NCBI GenBank assembly: GCA_035707865.1 | Contig: DASSTO010000009.1 | Coordinates: 56,736 to 120,735, forward strand | Origin: Longimicrobiaceae bacterium | GTDB lineage: Bacteria > Gemmatimonadota > Gemmatimonadetes > Longimicrobiales > Longimicrobiaceae | Length of the DNA stretch: 64,000 bases | Direction: 5' to 3' | In this document: positions 9,624 to 17,500 of the stretch, piece by piece | How positions within the stretch are numbered: position 1 is the first letter of the stretch | Layout of the letters: each line of letters begins with the position of its first letter | The notes under the pieces: generated by a model | The model's database searches: none | Told to the model about the DNA's origin: nothing | The model's input: only the letters and a program-made list of their open reading frames with translations | Program-made: the position numbers and the translations under genes

Positions 9624-9635
9624 CGCGTATACGCG
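9624..9635. promoter_or_regulatory. 12-bp perfect palindrome CGCGTATACGCG upstream of parA
   Basis: Lies 66 nt upstream of the parA ATG. A further GTATACC occurs at 9584-9590. The GTATAC core is shared with the 17-mer repeats. Confidence 0.5.
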
Positions 9636-9651
9636 CGCAAGCCCCGGAGGC

Positions 9652-9697
9652 TTATCGGCTATCGGCTATCGGTAAACCGATAGCCGATAGCTGATAG
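9652..9697. repeat. inverted array of six heptads (3x [T/C]TATCGG, TAAA spacer, CCGATAG CCGATAG CTGATAG)
   Basis: TTATCGG CTATCGG CTATCGG (9652-9672), TAAA, CCGATAG CCGATAG CTGATAG (9677-9697). The arms are inverted complements with 2 mismatches. Lies 94-139 nt upstream of parA. Confidence 0.85.
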
Positions 9698-9704
9698 CCG
9701 GTGC

Positions 9705-9721
9705 CCGTCTGTATACCGGAC
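9705..9721 (-). repeat. 17-mer GTCCGGTATACAGACGG, copy 2 (inverted)
   Basis: The plus strand reads CCGTCTGTATACCGGAC, the exact reverse complement of 7753-7769. Confidence 0.8.
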
Positions 9722-9739
9722 GGAGAACCCGGAGCCCGC

Positions 9740-10660
9740 TTACGGCCGGATCTCGATGCGGAGCGCGCCGTAGCGGAGCGTCTGCCCGCCGTCGGGCGCC
9801 GTCTCGATCGTCACGGGGCCCAGGTGGAGGCGGCTCGAGCCGTCGGGCGACGACTCCAGCGCCAGCGCCGTACCGGCTGGGAGGTGGAGGGGATACGAGC
9901 CGAAGGCGAGTGACGGCGCGGCGGATGGGGCAGGGGAGGGAGCCGCGGACGGCCCGCCCGGGGCCGCGCCCGCTCGGGGTTCGGGGCTCGCGAACGCCGC
10001 GGCGGTGATCCGGGTGCGCAGCCGGCGGCCGGGAGCGCGCTCGATCAGACCCGCCGAGCCGAGAGCGGAGAGGGCGGTGGAGACGGCCGTCCGGCCGTAG
10101 GAGACGCTCTCGACGAGCGCCGGCAGACTGCCCTCGACCCAGGTGCTGCCGGCGTCGCCGGGCCGGGCGAGGCGCGCGATCTCACGCAGGACCGCGAGCG
10201 CCGGTGCGAGCGCCGCTCCGGAGCCGCCGAGCACCGCGCGCACCCGCTCCCAGCGCAGCCGGGCGACGCAGGGGAGCTCTCCCAGGATGTCGGGGTCCAG
10301 CCGGAGCCCCTCCTCCTCCCGCCCCAGCGTTCCAGCCTCGGCGAGCGCATCCATCCCCAGCACCACCTCCGCGTGAAGGAGCCCGGTCCGCTCCATCAGC
10401 TCTCCCTCGGTGAGGGGCAGCGCCTCGCCCCATCGCGGCCCGTTGGGGCCGGGCGCGCGCTGCTGCACGAGCTCCCCGATGGCGCTCGCCACCGCCTCCG
10501 CCGCCCGGGTGCGCAACGGGTCGGAACCCCGCTGGCCGGCACCCACCGCCCCGCGCACCAGCACCGGGCTCGGCACGCGGTCGCTCCCCGCGTGGAGCGG
10601 AAGCACGAGCGTGGGCCGGGGCCCCGGCGCGATGGACGATTCGGAGAGGGGTCTCTGCAT
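9740..10660 (-). CDS. hypothetical protein with winged-helix-like segment
   Basis: 306 aa from ATG 10660 (the track ORF opens at GTG 10759, inside an iteron). HTH-like stretch LVESVSYGRTAVSTALSALGSAGLIERAP. Sits between rep and parA. Confidence 0.5.
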   Translation of the reverse strand: MQRPLSESSIAPGPRPTLVLPLHAGSDRVPSPVLVRGAVGAGQRGSDPLRTRAAEAVASAIGELVQQRAPGPNGPRWGEALPLTEGELMERTGLLHAEVVLGMDALAEAGTLGREEEGLRLDPDILGELPCVARLRWERVRAVLGGSGAALAPALAVLREIARLARPGDAGSTWVEGSLPALVESVSYGRTAVSTALSALGSAGLIERAPGRRLRTRITAAAFASPEPRAGAAPGGPSAAPSPAPSAAPSLAFGSYPLHLPAGTALALESSPDGSSRLHLGPVTIETAPDGGQTLRYGALRIEIRP

Positions 10661-10668
10661 CACGGGTT

Positions 10669-10686
10669 CGTCGGGTGCTCCTTCAC
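10669..10686 (-). repeat. iteron-like 18-mer, copy 1 (GTGAAGGAGCACCCGACG on minus strand)
   Basis: 17/18 match to copies 2 and 4. Ends 9 nt upstream of the orf ATG at 10660. Confidence 0.7.
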
Positions 10687-10741
10687 GCTCCGAGAGGCTG
10701 ATGGGAGGGGTGCATCGTCCGGCGCCGCGCCTGCTGTACGA

Positions 10742-10759
10742 CGTCGGGTACTCCTTCAC
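10742..10759 (-). repeat. iteron-like 18-mer, copy 2 (GTGAAGGAGTACCCGACG on minus strand)
   Basis: Identical to copy 4. Lies 73 nt from copy 1. Confidence 0.7.
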
Positions 10760-10904
10760 ACCGACCGCGTTCCATCCGCGAGCAAAGCGCGTTCCGGGGT
10801 CGGTAGCATAGACCGATCTCCTCGCGAATGCAAGGATTCCACCCCCTCCCGCTCACGCGTATCGTTCGCGCTCCGCTCGCGGTCGATCCGTGACCGGTTC
10901 GCCC

Positions 10905-10922
10905 GTGAAGAAGTACCCGACG
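10905..10922 (+). repeat. iteron-like 18-mer, copy 3 (GTGAAGAAGTACCCGACG)
   Basis: 17/18 match. Opposite orientation to copies 1 and 2. Confidence 0.7.
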
Positions 10923-11072
10923 AAGGCTCCACACGGACCTATCCGCCCGGACTTCCGGCGCTCCTGCGAGTCTCCTCGCGTCACCTCCCGCCCGTGGCGC
11001 CACGAAACGTTCGCGAACCGGTCGGCATGCGCGCCGGACGTCGGTATCCGGCAGGAGCGACCGGCCGTCGGG

Positions 11073-11090
11073 GTGAAGGAGTACCCGACG
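11073..11090 (+). repeat. iteron-like 18-mer, copy 4 (GTGAAGGAGTACCCGACG)
   Basis: Identical to the reverse complement of 10742-10759. The flanks GTCGG(G/T)GTGAAGG are also similar. Confidence 0.7.
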
Positions 11091-11230
11091 ACGACGTGCA
11101 CCCGTACGCAACGTCGGAGCGCACGAGCACGTGACGGCGGGAGGGGAGAAAGCGAGATCCCGGGCCGTGAACGGCTGCCCGGGATCCTCTCCGTAGAGTA
11201 GTGTTCGTCTTGTTCTATGGACAGACGGAC

Positions 11231-12901
11231 TCAACCGGACGGGGGCCTCGCGATGTGGAGGTCGAGGCGAACGGGGCGGCCGAGCGCGTCGGAAAGGGCG
11301 GTTTCGAGGCGCGCGCCGTACCGTTCGGAAATCCACTCGCGGGCGAAGGAGTTGGGTACGGCGACGACGACGTGGTCCCCGGCGATCTCCTGCATCCACG
11401 TCTCGCGGAACCAGGTGGTGAAGATCATCGGGGCGAGCTCCGGGCGGATCTGCGCGAGCGCGGTGCCCCAGGGATCGTCCGGAAGGGCGAAGTCCGGCGC
11501 CGACGGGGTGACGGGCTCGGGCGGGGTCGGCAGGAGCGTGGTGGGCGGGGCGGGGGACTCGGGCTGCTCGCGCAGGCTGGCGAGCTCGAAGCGGTCCGCG
11601 CGGCGGCGGGCCCACCGCTCGTACTCGGGCTCCTTGAATTCCCAGCCCTGCTCGAGCGCGGAGCCGATCCAGGAGTGCCACGCGACGATCGGCTTGCCCT
11701 TGGCGTCGAGACCCTGCTTCTCGGTCCGCACGTAGTGGACGCGCTGGAGCACCTCCTGCACGCGCATCCCGTGGCGTCGCAGCAGCGCCCGCGCCTCGCC
11801 GGCGGGGATCTGGTACTGCCCGAGCTGGCTGATGAGCACCCGGGTGCGCACCGGATCGAGCGCGCCGATGCCCCGCGCGGCCGCGGCGTCGCAGACCACC
11901 CGGCCAGGCATCAGGTCCACCCGGTAGACACCCCGGCGGATCGAAGCGACCTCGAACTGGTCGACCACGCCGTAGCCCTGCAGCTCCTTCAGCGCCGCGC
12001 GGAAGCGGTTCGCCACGTCGGCCGGCCGTTCGGACGTCTGCGCGCCGAGCACCTCCAGCCAGCTCGAGAGGATCTCCGAATGCCGCGCCGGGCGCCATCC
12101 CTGCGCGACCGCGAGCACCAGGCGCAGGTAGATGCCCTTCGCCACGGCGCTCCGCAGCGAGTTGTGCACTTCCAGGTCGATCCACGCGGCGATGCCGGTC
12201 TCCGTCTGCCCGAGCCAGATCGGGTTGATGCGCAGGAGGTGGATGACGTCGGTCGAGTCGTTCGCGCGCACCTCGCTCTCGACGTCGTACTCGAGGATCC
12301 AGTGCGTCACGTCGCGCTCACGCCGCCGCGGCCGGCCCGTGCCTGGCGCGGGCGCCGTCTCTCCGGAGCGCACCTGCTCCACCTCGCGCTCGAAGACCAT
12401 CTCCATGTTCGTCTGCACGGTGGTGTTCGCCCACCGGCCCAGCGCGCGCTTGACGGCGTTCACCTTCCCCCCCGTCACCCGCATCTCCGAGCCCGGGCGC
12501 GAGGCGAGCAGGATCGCGCGGTAGGAGACGTCCTGGAAGGTGCCGTCGGGGGCGACGACGCCCTGATCCACCAGGCTCCCGAGTCCGAGCAGGTAATCGA
12601 GGTCGTAGATGTTCGGCAGCCCCAGGAGCGGACTGCCGCTGACGCGCGCCTCGAAGCGGCTCCCGTCCGGATAGGCGATCACGTTGCGCTGGAAGGCGTG
12701 CGCCGGGTTCGCCACCAGCCCGTGCTCGTCGGTGGCGTAGGAGGTCTCCAGCGGCAGCCGGATGCAGCTCAGCAGGTAGAGCGGCCCCGGGACCGGCGTC
12801 TGGACCAGGTGGTCGGGCGCGAAGAGCGCGTCCGGGCTGTCCATCCGGACACGGGGAAAGTGCAGGGCGGTCGAGCGCCCCGGACGGGGATCGTTCGGCA
12901 T
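11231..12901 (-). CDS. plasmid replication initiator (RPA/RepA-like N-terminal part + DnaA-N-like C-terminal domain)
   Basis: 556 aa. N-terminal ...LLGLPNIYDLDYLLGLGSLV... resembles the Replication-initiator-protein-A family (GlaTifDkDiLiy pattern). The C-terminal IFTTWFRETWMQEIAGDHVVVAVPNSFAREWISERYGARLETALSDALGRPVRLDL closely follows the DnaA domain I pattern (F.TW..PL......L.L.VPN.F..DW....Y...I..AL). Confidence 0.75.
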   Translation of the reverse strand: MPNDPRPGRSTALHFPRVRMDSPDALFAPDHLVQTPVPGPLYLLSCIRLPLETSYATDEHGLVANPAHAFQRNVIAYPDGSRFEARVSGSPLLGLPNIYDLDYLLGLGSLVDQGVVAPDGTFQDVSYRAILLASRPGSEMRVTGGKVNAVKRALGRWANTTVQTNMEMVFEREVEQVRSGETAPAPGTGRPRRRERDVTHWILEYDVESEVRANDSTDVIHLLRINPIWLGQTETGIAAWIDLEVHNSLRSAVAKGIYLRLVLAVAQGWRPARHSEILSSWLEVLGAQTSERPADVANRFRAALKELQGYGVVDQFEVASIRRGVYRVDLMPGRVVCDAAAARGIGALDPVRTRVLISQLGQYQIPAGEARALLRRHGMRVQEVLQRVHYVRTEKQGLDAKGKPIVAWHSWIGSALEQGWEFKEPEYERWARRRADRFELASLREQPESPAPPTTLLPTPPEPVTPSAPDFALPDDPWGTALAQIRPELAPMIFTTWFRETWMQEIAGDHVVVAVPNSFAREWISERYGARLETALSDALGRPVRLDLHIARPPSG

Positions 12902-12916
12902 CGGGCTCGGGTGCGT

Positions 12917-12931
12917 GTCCGGTATACAGAC
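12917..12931 (+). repeat. 17-mer family, copy 3 (GTCCGGTATACAGAC, 15 nt conserved)
   Basis: Lies 16 nt upstream of the rep ATG (12901) on the opposite-sense side. A further partial match ACAGACGGA(C/T)TC occurs at 11221-11232, at the rep stop. Confidence 0.7.
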
Positions 12932-12953
12932 TGAGCGGATGAAGGACGAAAAG

Positions 12954-13013
12954 CTATCAGCTATCGGATATCAGACAGGTAGTTGCTGATAGCCGATAGC
13001 TGATAGCTGATAG
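12954..13013. repeat. inverted array of seven heptads (CTATCAG CTATCGG ATATCAG, 11-nt spacer, CTGATAG CCGATAG CTGATAG CTGATAG)
   Basis: 12954-12974 and 12986-13013. Same heptad family as 9652-9697. Lies 53-112 nt upstream of the rep start. Confidence 0.85.
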
Positions 13014-13039
13014 CCGGGGTGGAAGGGCAGGGCAGGGCC

Positions 13040-13420
13040 CTACTCGTCCAGGATCTCGCGCACGATCCGACCCAGCTCCTGCAGGTCCACCGGCTTCTCG
13101 ACGAAAGTGATCTGCGCCTCGTCCTCCATGAGCTGGAAAGCGCCCTCCATGTCGGCGTACCCGGAGCAGAGGATGACCTTGATCTCCGGGTAGATCTCGC
13201 GGATCCGCCAGACGAGCTCCCGCCCGCCCATCCCGGGCATCACGATGTCCGAGATCAGCAGATCGATGGGGGCTCCGTGCGACTGGGCCACGGCGAGCCC
13301 CTCCTTGCCATCCGTGGCGGTCAGCACCGTGTACCCCTGACGCTGGAGCGAGCGCGTGAGGATGGAGGCGAGCTGCGGCTCATCCTCGACGACGAGAACG
13401 ACCTCGGAGACTGCGTTCAT
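13040..13420 (-). CDS. single-domain CheY-like response regulator
   Basis: 126 aa. VLVVEDEP, DLLISDIVMPGMGG, ILCSGY and EKP give a complete receiver signature. Confidence 0.9.
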   Translation of the reverse strand: MNAVSEVVLVVEDEPQLASILTRSLQRQGYTVLTATDGKEGLAVAQSHGAPIDLLISDIVMPGMGGRELVWRIREIYPEIKVILCSGYADMEGAFQLMEDEAQITFVEKPVDLQELGRIVREILDE

Positions 13421-13580
13421 CGGGAATCGCGGGGGTGCTCTGGCAAACTGAATCGGGCCGGGGATGTCCCCGGCCCCGAGAATAGCGGGGTGGCACGACG
13501 CGAATCACAGATCGTCCGGCGCGGCGGTAGTGCGGACATTCGCTTGATCTTACCCACGCGCTGGTGCGGGGGCAAGCGCC

Positions 13581-14534
13581 TCACGCACCGGTGGCCGCCG
13601 ACTGCGCGATCCAGTCGAAGGTGTTTCGCAACCCTGTCCTCAGGTCGGTTCGCGGCTCCCAGCCGAACGAGCGGAGCTTGGCCGTGTCGAGGCTCGAGTG
13701 CATCAGCTCGCCGGGGCGCGCCGGCGCGTGCTCCACCGGGACCCGCCGCCCGGATGCGTCCATGAGGATGGCCGCGAGCTCGTTGACGCTCGTCTCCAGG
13801 CCGGTTCCCACGTTGAAGCCGCGGTCGTCCAGAGTGCGCGCGGGCGCCAGCTCGGCGTCGCTGAGACGGAGGTTGGCCGCGACGACGTCGCCGACGTAGA
13901 CGTAGTCGCGCGTCTGCTCGCCATCGCCGAAGACCCGCAGCGGCTGCCCCTCGAGGAGGTGTGTGGAGAAGATCGCCACCACGCCGGCCTCGCCGTGCGG
14001 GTCCTGCCGCGGCCCGTAGACGTTGGAGTAGCGCAGCGCCACGTACTCCAGGCCGTGCACGCGGTGGTAGTAGTAGAGGTACTGCTCGCCGGCGAGCTTC
14101 GTCACCCCGTACGGGCTGCTGGGGAGCTTCGGCATGGTCTCCGGCGTGGGCCGCACCTCCGGCTCGCCGTAGACGACGCCGCCGGAGGAGACGTAGACGA
14201 CGCGCTCCACGCCCGTCTCGCGCGCCGCTTCGAGCAGGTTCAGCAGCCCGTCGACGTTGACGCTCGCGTCGAAGCGCGGGTCGGCCACGGAGACGCGCAC
14301 GTCCATCTGGGCCGCGTGGTGGTTGATGATCGCCGGCTTCCACTCGCGGATGAGCGCGGCGGTGGCGTCGTCGCGGATGTCGAGCTGCACGAACTCCGCG
14401 CCCTCGGGCAGGTTGGAGACGCGGCCGTGAACCAGGCTGTCCACCACGAGCACCTCGTCTCCCCGCGCGAGGTACGCGCCGGCGACGTGCGAGCCGATGA
14501 AGCCGGCGCCGCCGGTAACCAGAACTCGAGCCAT
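13581..14534 (-). CDS. NAD-dependent sugar epimerase/dehydratase (GalE-like SDR)
   Basis: 317 aa. VLVTGGAGFIGSH Rossmann motif and catalytic SPYGVTK (YxxxK). Confidence 0.85.
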   Translation of the reverse strand: MARVLVTGGAGFIGSHVAGAYLARGDEVLVVDSLVHGRVSNLPEGAEFVQLDIRDDATAALIREWKPAIINHHAAQMDVRVSVADPRFDASVNVDGLLNLLEAARETGVERVVYVSSGGVVYGEPEVRPTPETMPKLPSSPYGVTKLAGEQYLYYYHRVHGLEYVALRYSNVYGPRQDPHGEAGVVAIFSTHLLEGQPLRVFGDGEQTRDYVYVGDVVAANLRLSDAELAPARTLDDRGFNVGTGLETSVNELAAILMDASGRRVPVEHAPARPGELMHSSLDTAKLRSFGWEPRTDLRTGLRNTFDWIAQSAATGA

Positions 14535-14583
14535 GAAAGAATCCAGGTAGAGGTTCGTTGGGAGCCCTCGCGAGAGGACCCTC

Positions 14584-17500
14584 TCACTGCGCCGACCGCG
14601 CCCGGATCAGGGCGCAGATCGACTCCTTGTCGAGCGGCTGCGCGAAGAGGTAGCCCTGGCCGTACTCGCACCCCAGCTGCTGCAGGACCCCGAGCTGGTG
14701 CAGGGTGCTGATGCCCTCCGCGATCGTCGCCACGCCCACGCCGTGGGCGACGCTGAGCAGCGTCCGCACCACGCGGGTCGGCCGCAGTGCGCGCAGCGCG
14801 GCCGGGGGCGTCGTCTCGTCGATCTCCGTCACGAACGACCGGTCGATCTTCATCGCCTCGATCGGTACCTCGTGGAGGTGCCCGAGCGGTGAGGCACCGG
14901 TTCCGAAGTCGTCCATGTGGATGCGGACGCCCTCGGCGGAGAGCTCCTCGACCACGTTCCAGCCCGCGCCGGAGCTCTCCGAGAGGGTGCTCTCGGAGAA
15001 TTCCAGCTTCAGTGAATGGGCCGCGAGCCCGGAGGTGCGCAGGATCTCCTGCACCTGCCGAGCGAAGTCCGGCTGCATCAGCTGCTTCCCCGACACGTTC
15101 ACCGCGACCCACTCGGGCGCGCCCTCCGCGAACTCCCTCTGCCACTGCTTCAGCTGCCCGCACGCCTGCTCCAGCACCCATCGCCCGATCGGGATGATGA
15201 GCCCCGTCTCCTCGGCGAGCGGCAGGAAGGCGTCCGGCTGGACGAGGCCGCGTTCGGGGTGGTCCCAGCGCAGCAGTGCCTCCACGCCGATCATGTGCTG
15301 CGAGGCGAGCGAGACGATCGGCTGGTAATAGAGCCGGAACTCGCCCTCGTCCAGGGCCCGCCGCAATTCGTTCTCGTCGTGGAGACGCTCCTCGACCTCC
15401 GCCTGCATCTTCCGGTCGAAGATCTCGTAGGAGCCCCGCCCCCTGGCCTTCGCGCGGTACATCGCGGTGTCGGCGTTGCGCAGGAGCTCCTCCGCGCTCG
15501 CCTCGCCGCGGTCGCTGTAGGCGATCCCGATGCTCGCCGAGGCGGAGACCTGGTGGCCCTCGAGCTCGAGCGGCGCCGCCAGCTCCTCCTGGATCCGGCG
15601 CGCCACGCGCGTGACGTCCGCCGTATCGTCGATGCCCTCGATGAGCACCGCGAATTCGTCGCCTCCGAAGCGAGCGATCGTGTCCTCCGGACGCAGGCAC
15701 GTCTGCAGGCGCCTTGCGACGGTGGTCAGCAGCTCGTCGCCGGCCGGGTGGCCGAGGCCGTCGTTGACGGCCTTCAGCCGGTCCAGGTCGAGGAAGAGCA
15801 CGGCGAACTGGTGCTCGGGGTGCCGGCGCGCCCGCGCGATCGCGTTCGAGAGCCGCTCGATCATGAGCGCGCGGTTCGGCAGCCCCGTCAGCGAGTCGTG
15901 GAAGGCCGACTCGCGCAGCGCGTCCTCGCTGAGCTTGCGCGCCGTGATGTCGGTCAGCGAGTAGAGCACGCCGCGTACCGCGCCCCCCGCGCCCCGGAAG
16001 GGGCCGGCGCACACCTCGACCCAGATGCGGTCGCCGTCCTTCCGGTTGATGGGGATCTCGAAGCTCTGCTTCGCGCCCGACAGGTGCCGGTGGAACTGCT
16101 CCTCCAGCGGCCGGCCCTCCGCGGGGTCGATCAGGTGCTCGCACAGCCCGTGGGAGATGAGCTCCGAGGGGAGGAAGCCGGTGAGCTGCTGCATCGCGGC
16201 GTTGGCGTAGCGCACCACGTAGCGCGGGTCGCAGACGAGCACGCCCTCGGGGAGCGACTCCACGATGGAGCGGAAGCCCGCGGCGGTCTCCTTCGCGACG
16301 CTCTCCGGCGCGGTCGTCTCCGGCGCGCTCGCGGGCGCCGCCGCCTCCGTCGCTTCCGCGCCGGAGAGCGAGGTGGCCAGCCGCCGGATGCTCGCGGAGA
16401 TCCGCTCACCCTCGCTCAGGATGGAGCCCAGCGCGGTCTCGAGTGCCTCGTCGCGCCGGCCTCCCTCGCGCAGCAGCTGCGCCTGGCCCACGATCACCGC
16501 CAGCGGGTTGTTGACCTCGTGCTGGATGGTGTGGACGATGTGGTCGATGAGAGCGTCCGGGCGCTCCGCGACCGTCGCCGCGGCCTCCGTCTCGGCGGTG
16601 CTGGCGAGAGCACCGAGGAAGCGGACGCCGCCCGGCGTGCGGGTGGGGATCGCGCGCAGGATCGCCGGGCGCTCTCCGCCATCCGGAAGCTGGACGTGGA
16701 CGGCCACGCCCACCGCCTCCTCCGCGCGCGCCGCGCCGTGCAGCGCGTTCAGCAGCCGTTCGCGCTCCTCCTCTCGCACGTTCGTCGACCAGGCGCGCAG
16801 CGTGGCGCCGAAGGCCTCCGGCGCGGAGTCGAAGACGTCCCGGAGGGAATCGCCCCAGACGACGGAGTCCGAGCGCGGGTCCCACTCGAAGGCGACCAGC
16901 CCCCAGACGGCCGCCACCGCTTCGTAGCGCTCCTGCGAGGCGCGCAGCAGCGTCTCCCTGCGCCACGACTCCAGCAGCGCCTGGCTGGACCGGGCGGCGG
17001 CGAAGCGGTGCACGTTCTCGACGGCGGAGCCGACGGCGTCGGCGAGCACCCGCGCCACGGCGAGATCCGCCTCGCCGAAGGGAGCGGCGCCGGCGCGAGA
17101 GCGCGCGACGAGCAGCGAGCCGATCGCGCCGTCGCGGCCGGGGAGCGGCACGGCGAGCGCGGGCGCGGGCGGCAGGTGTCGCTCCTGTGCCCGGTAGGCG
17201 CGCAGATCCGTCGCCAGCGAGACGCTCACCTGCAACGCGTTCGTGGACCACGCGCGGCCCTCCAGGCTCCCCTCGACGGGGAGCAGGTCGCCCACCTGGT
17301 CCACGAACGCGCCCGTCGCGGAGCGCACCTCGAGGGCGGCGGCGTCGGCATCGTACAGGCAGAGGGCGGCGGCGTCCGCCCCGAGCAGCACGGACGCCTG
17401 CTCCGGGACGGCGCGCAGGAGCGCGTCCACGTCCGCCGGCCGGGCGAGCGCACTCGAGATGCGCCGCAGCGCCGAGAGCAGCACGAGCGCCCGCTCCGCG

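Larger units (their letters stand above)
7708..13017 (-). other. plasmid/chromid-type replication-partition module (rep, iterons, wHTH orf, operator/centromere repeats, parA, parB)
   Basis: All parts are co-oriented on the minus strand and bounded by repeat clusters. See the individual features. Confidence 0.75.

Noticed and set aside
10759-11201. ORFs beginning MKEYPT (10759, minus) and the 103-aa ORF 10890-11201 containing VKKYPT and VKEYPT
   Set aside because: The shared peptide is produced by the 18-bp DNA repeat. A fourth copy (10669-10686) is in a different frame relative to the adjacent gene, so conservation is at DNA level and these ORFs are likely artefacts.
9652-13013. Heptad arrays considered as a CRISPR or other spacer-repeat array
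   Set aside because: The units are 7 bp and contiguous with no spacers, and are arranged as inverted blocks next to rep and parA. There are no cas genes. This fits protein-binding arrays, not CRISPR.
7708-13017. Interpreting the rep/par block as an integrated mobile element (ICE, prophage or transposon)
   Set aside because: No integrase, recombinase, relaxase, transposase, terminal inverted repeats or att-like direct repeats are visible on either side. A resident replicon backbone is the simpler explanation.
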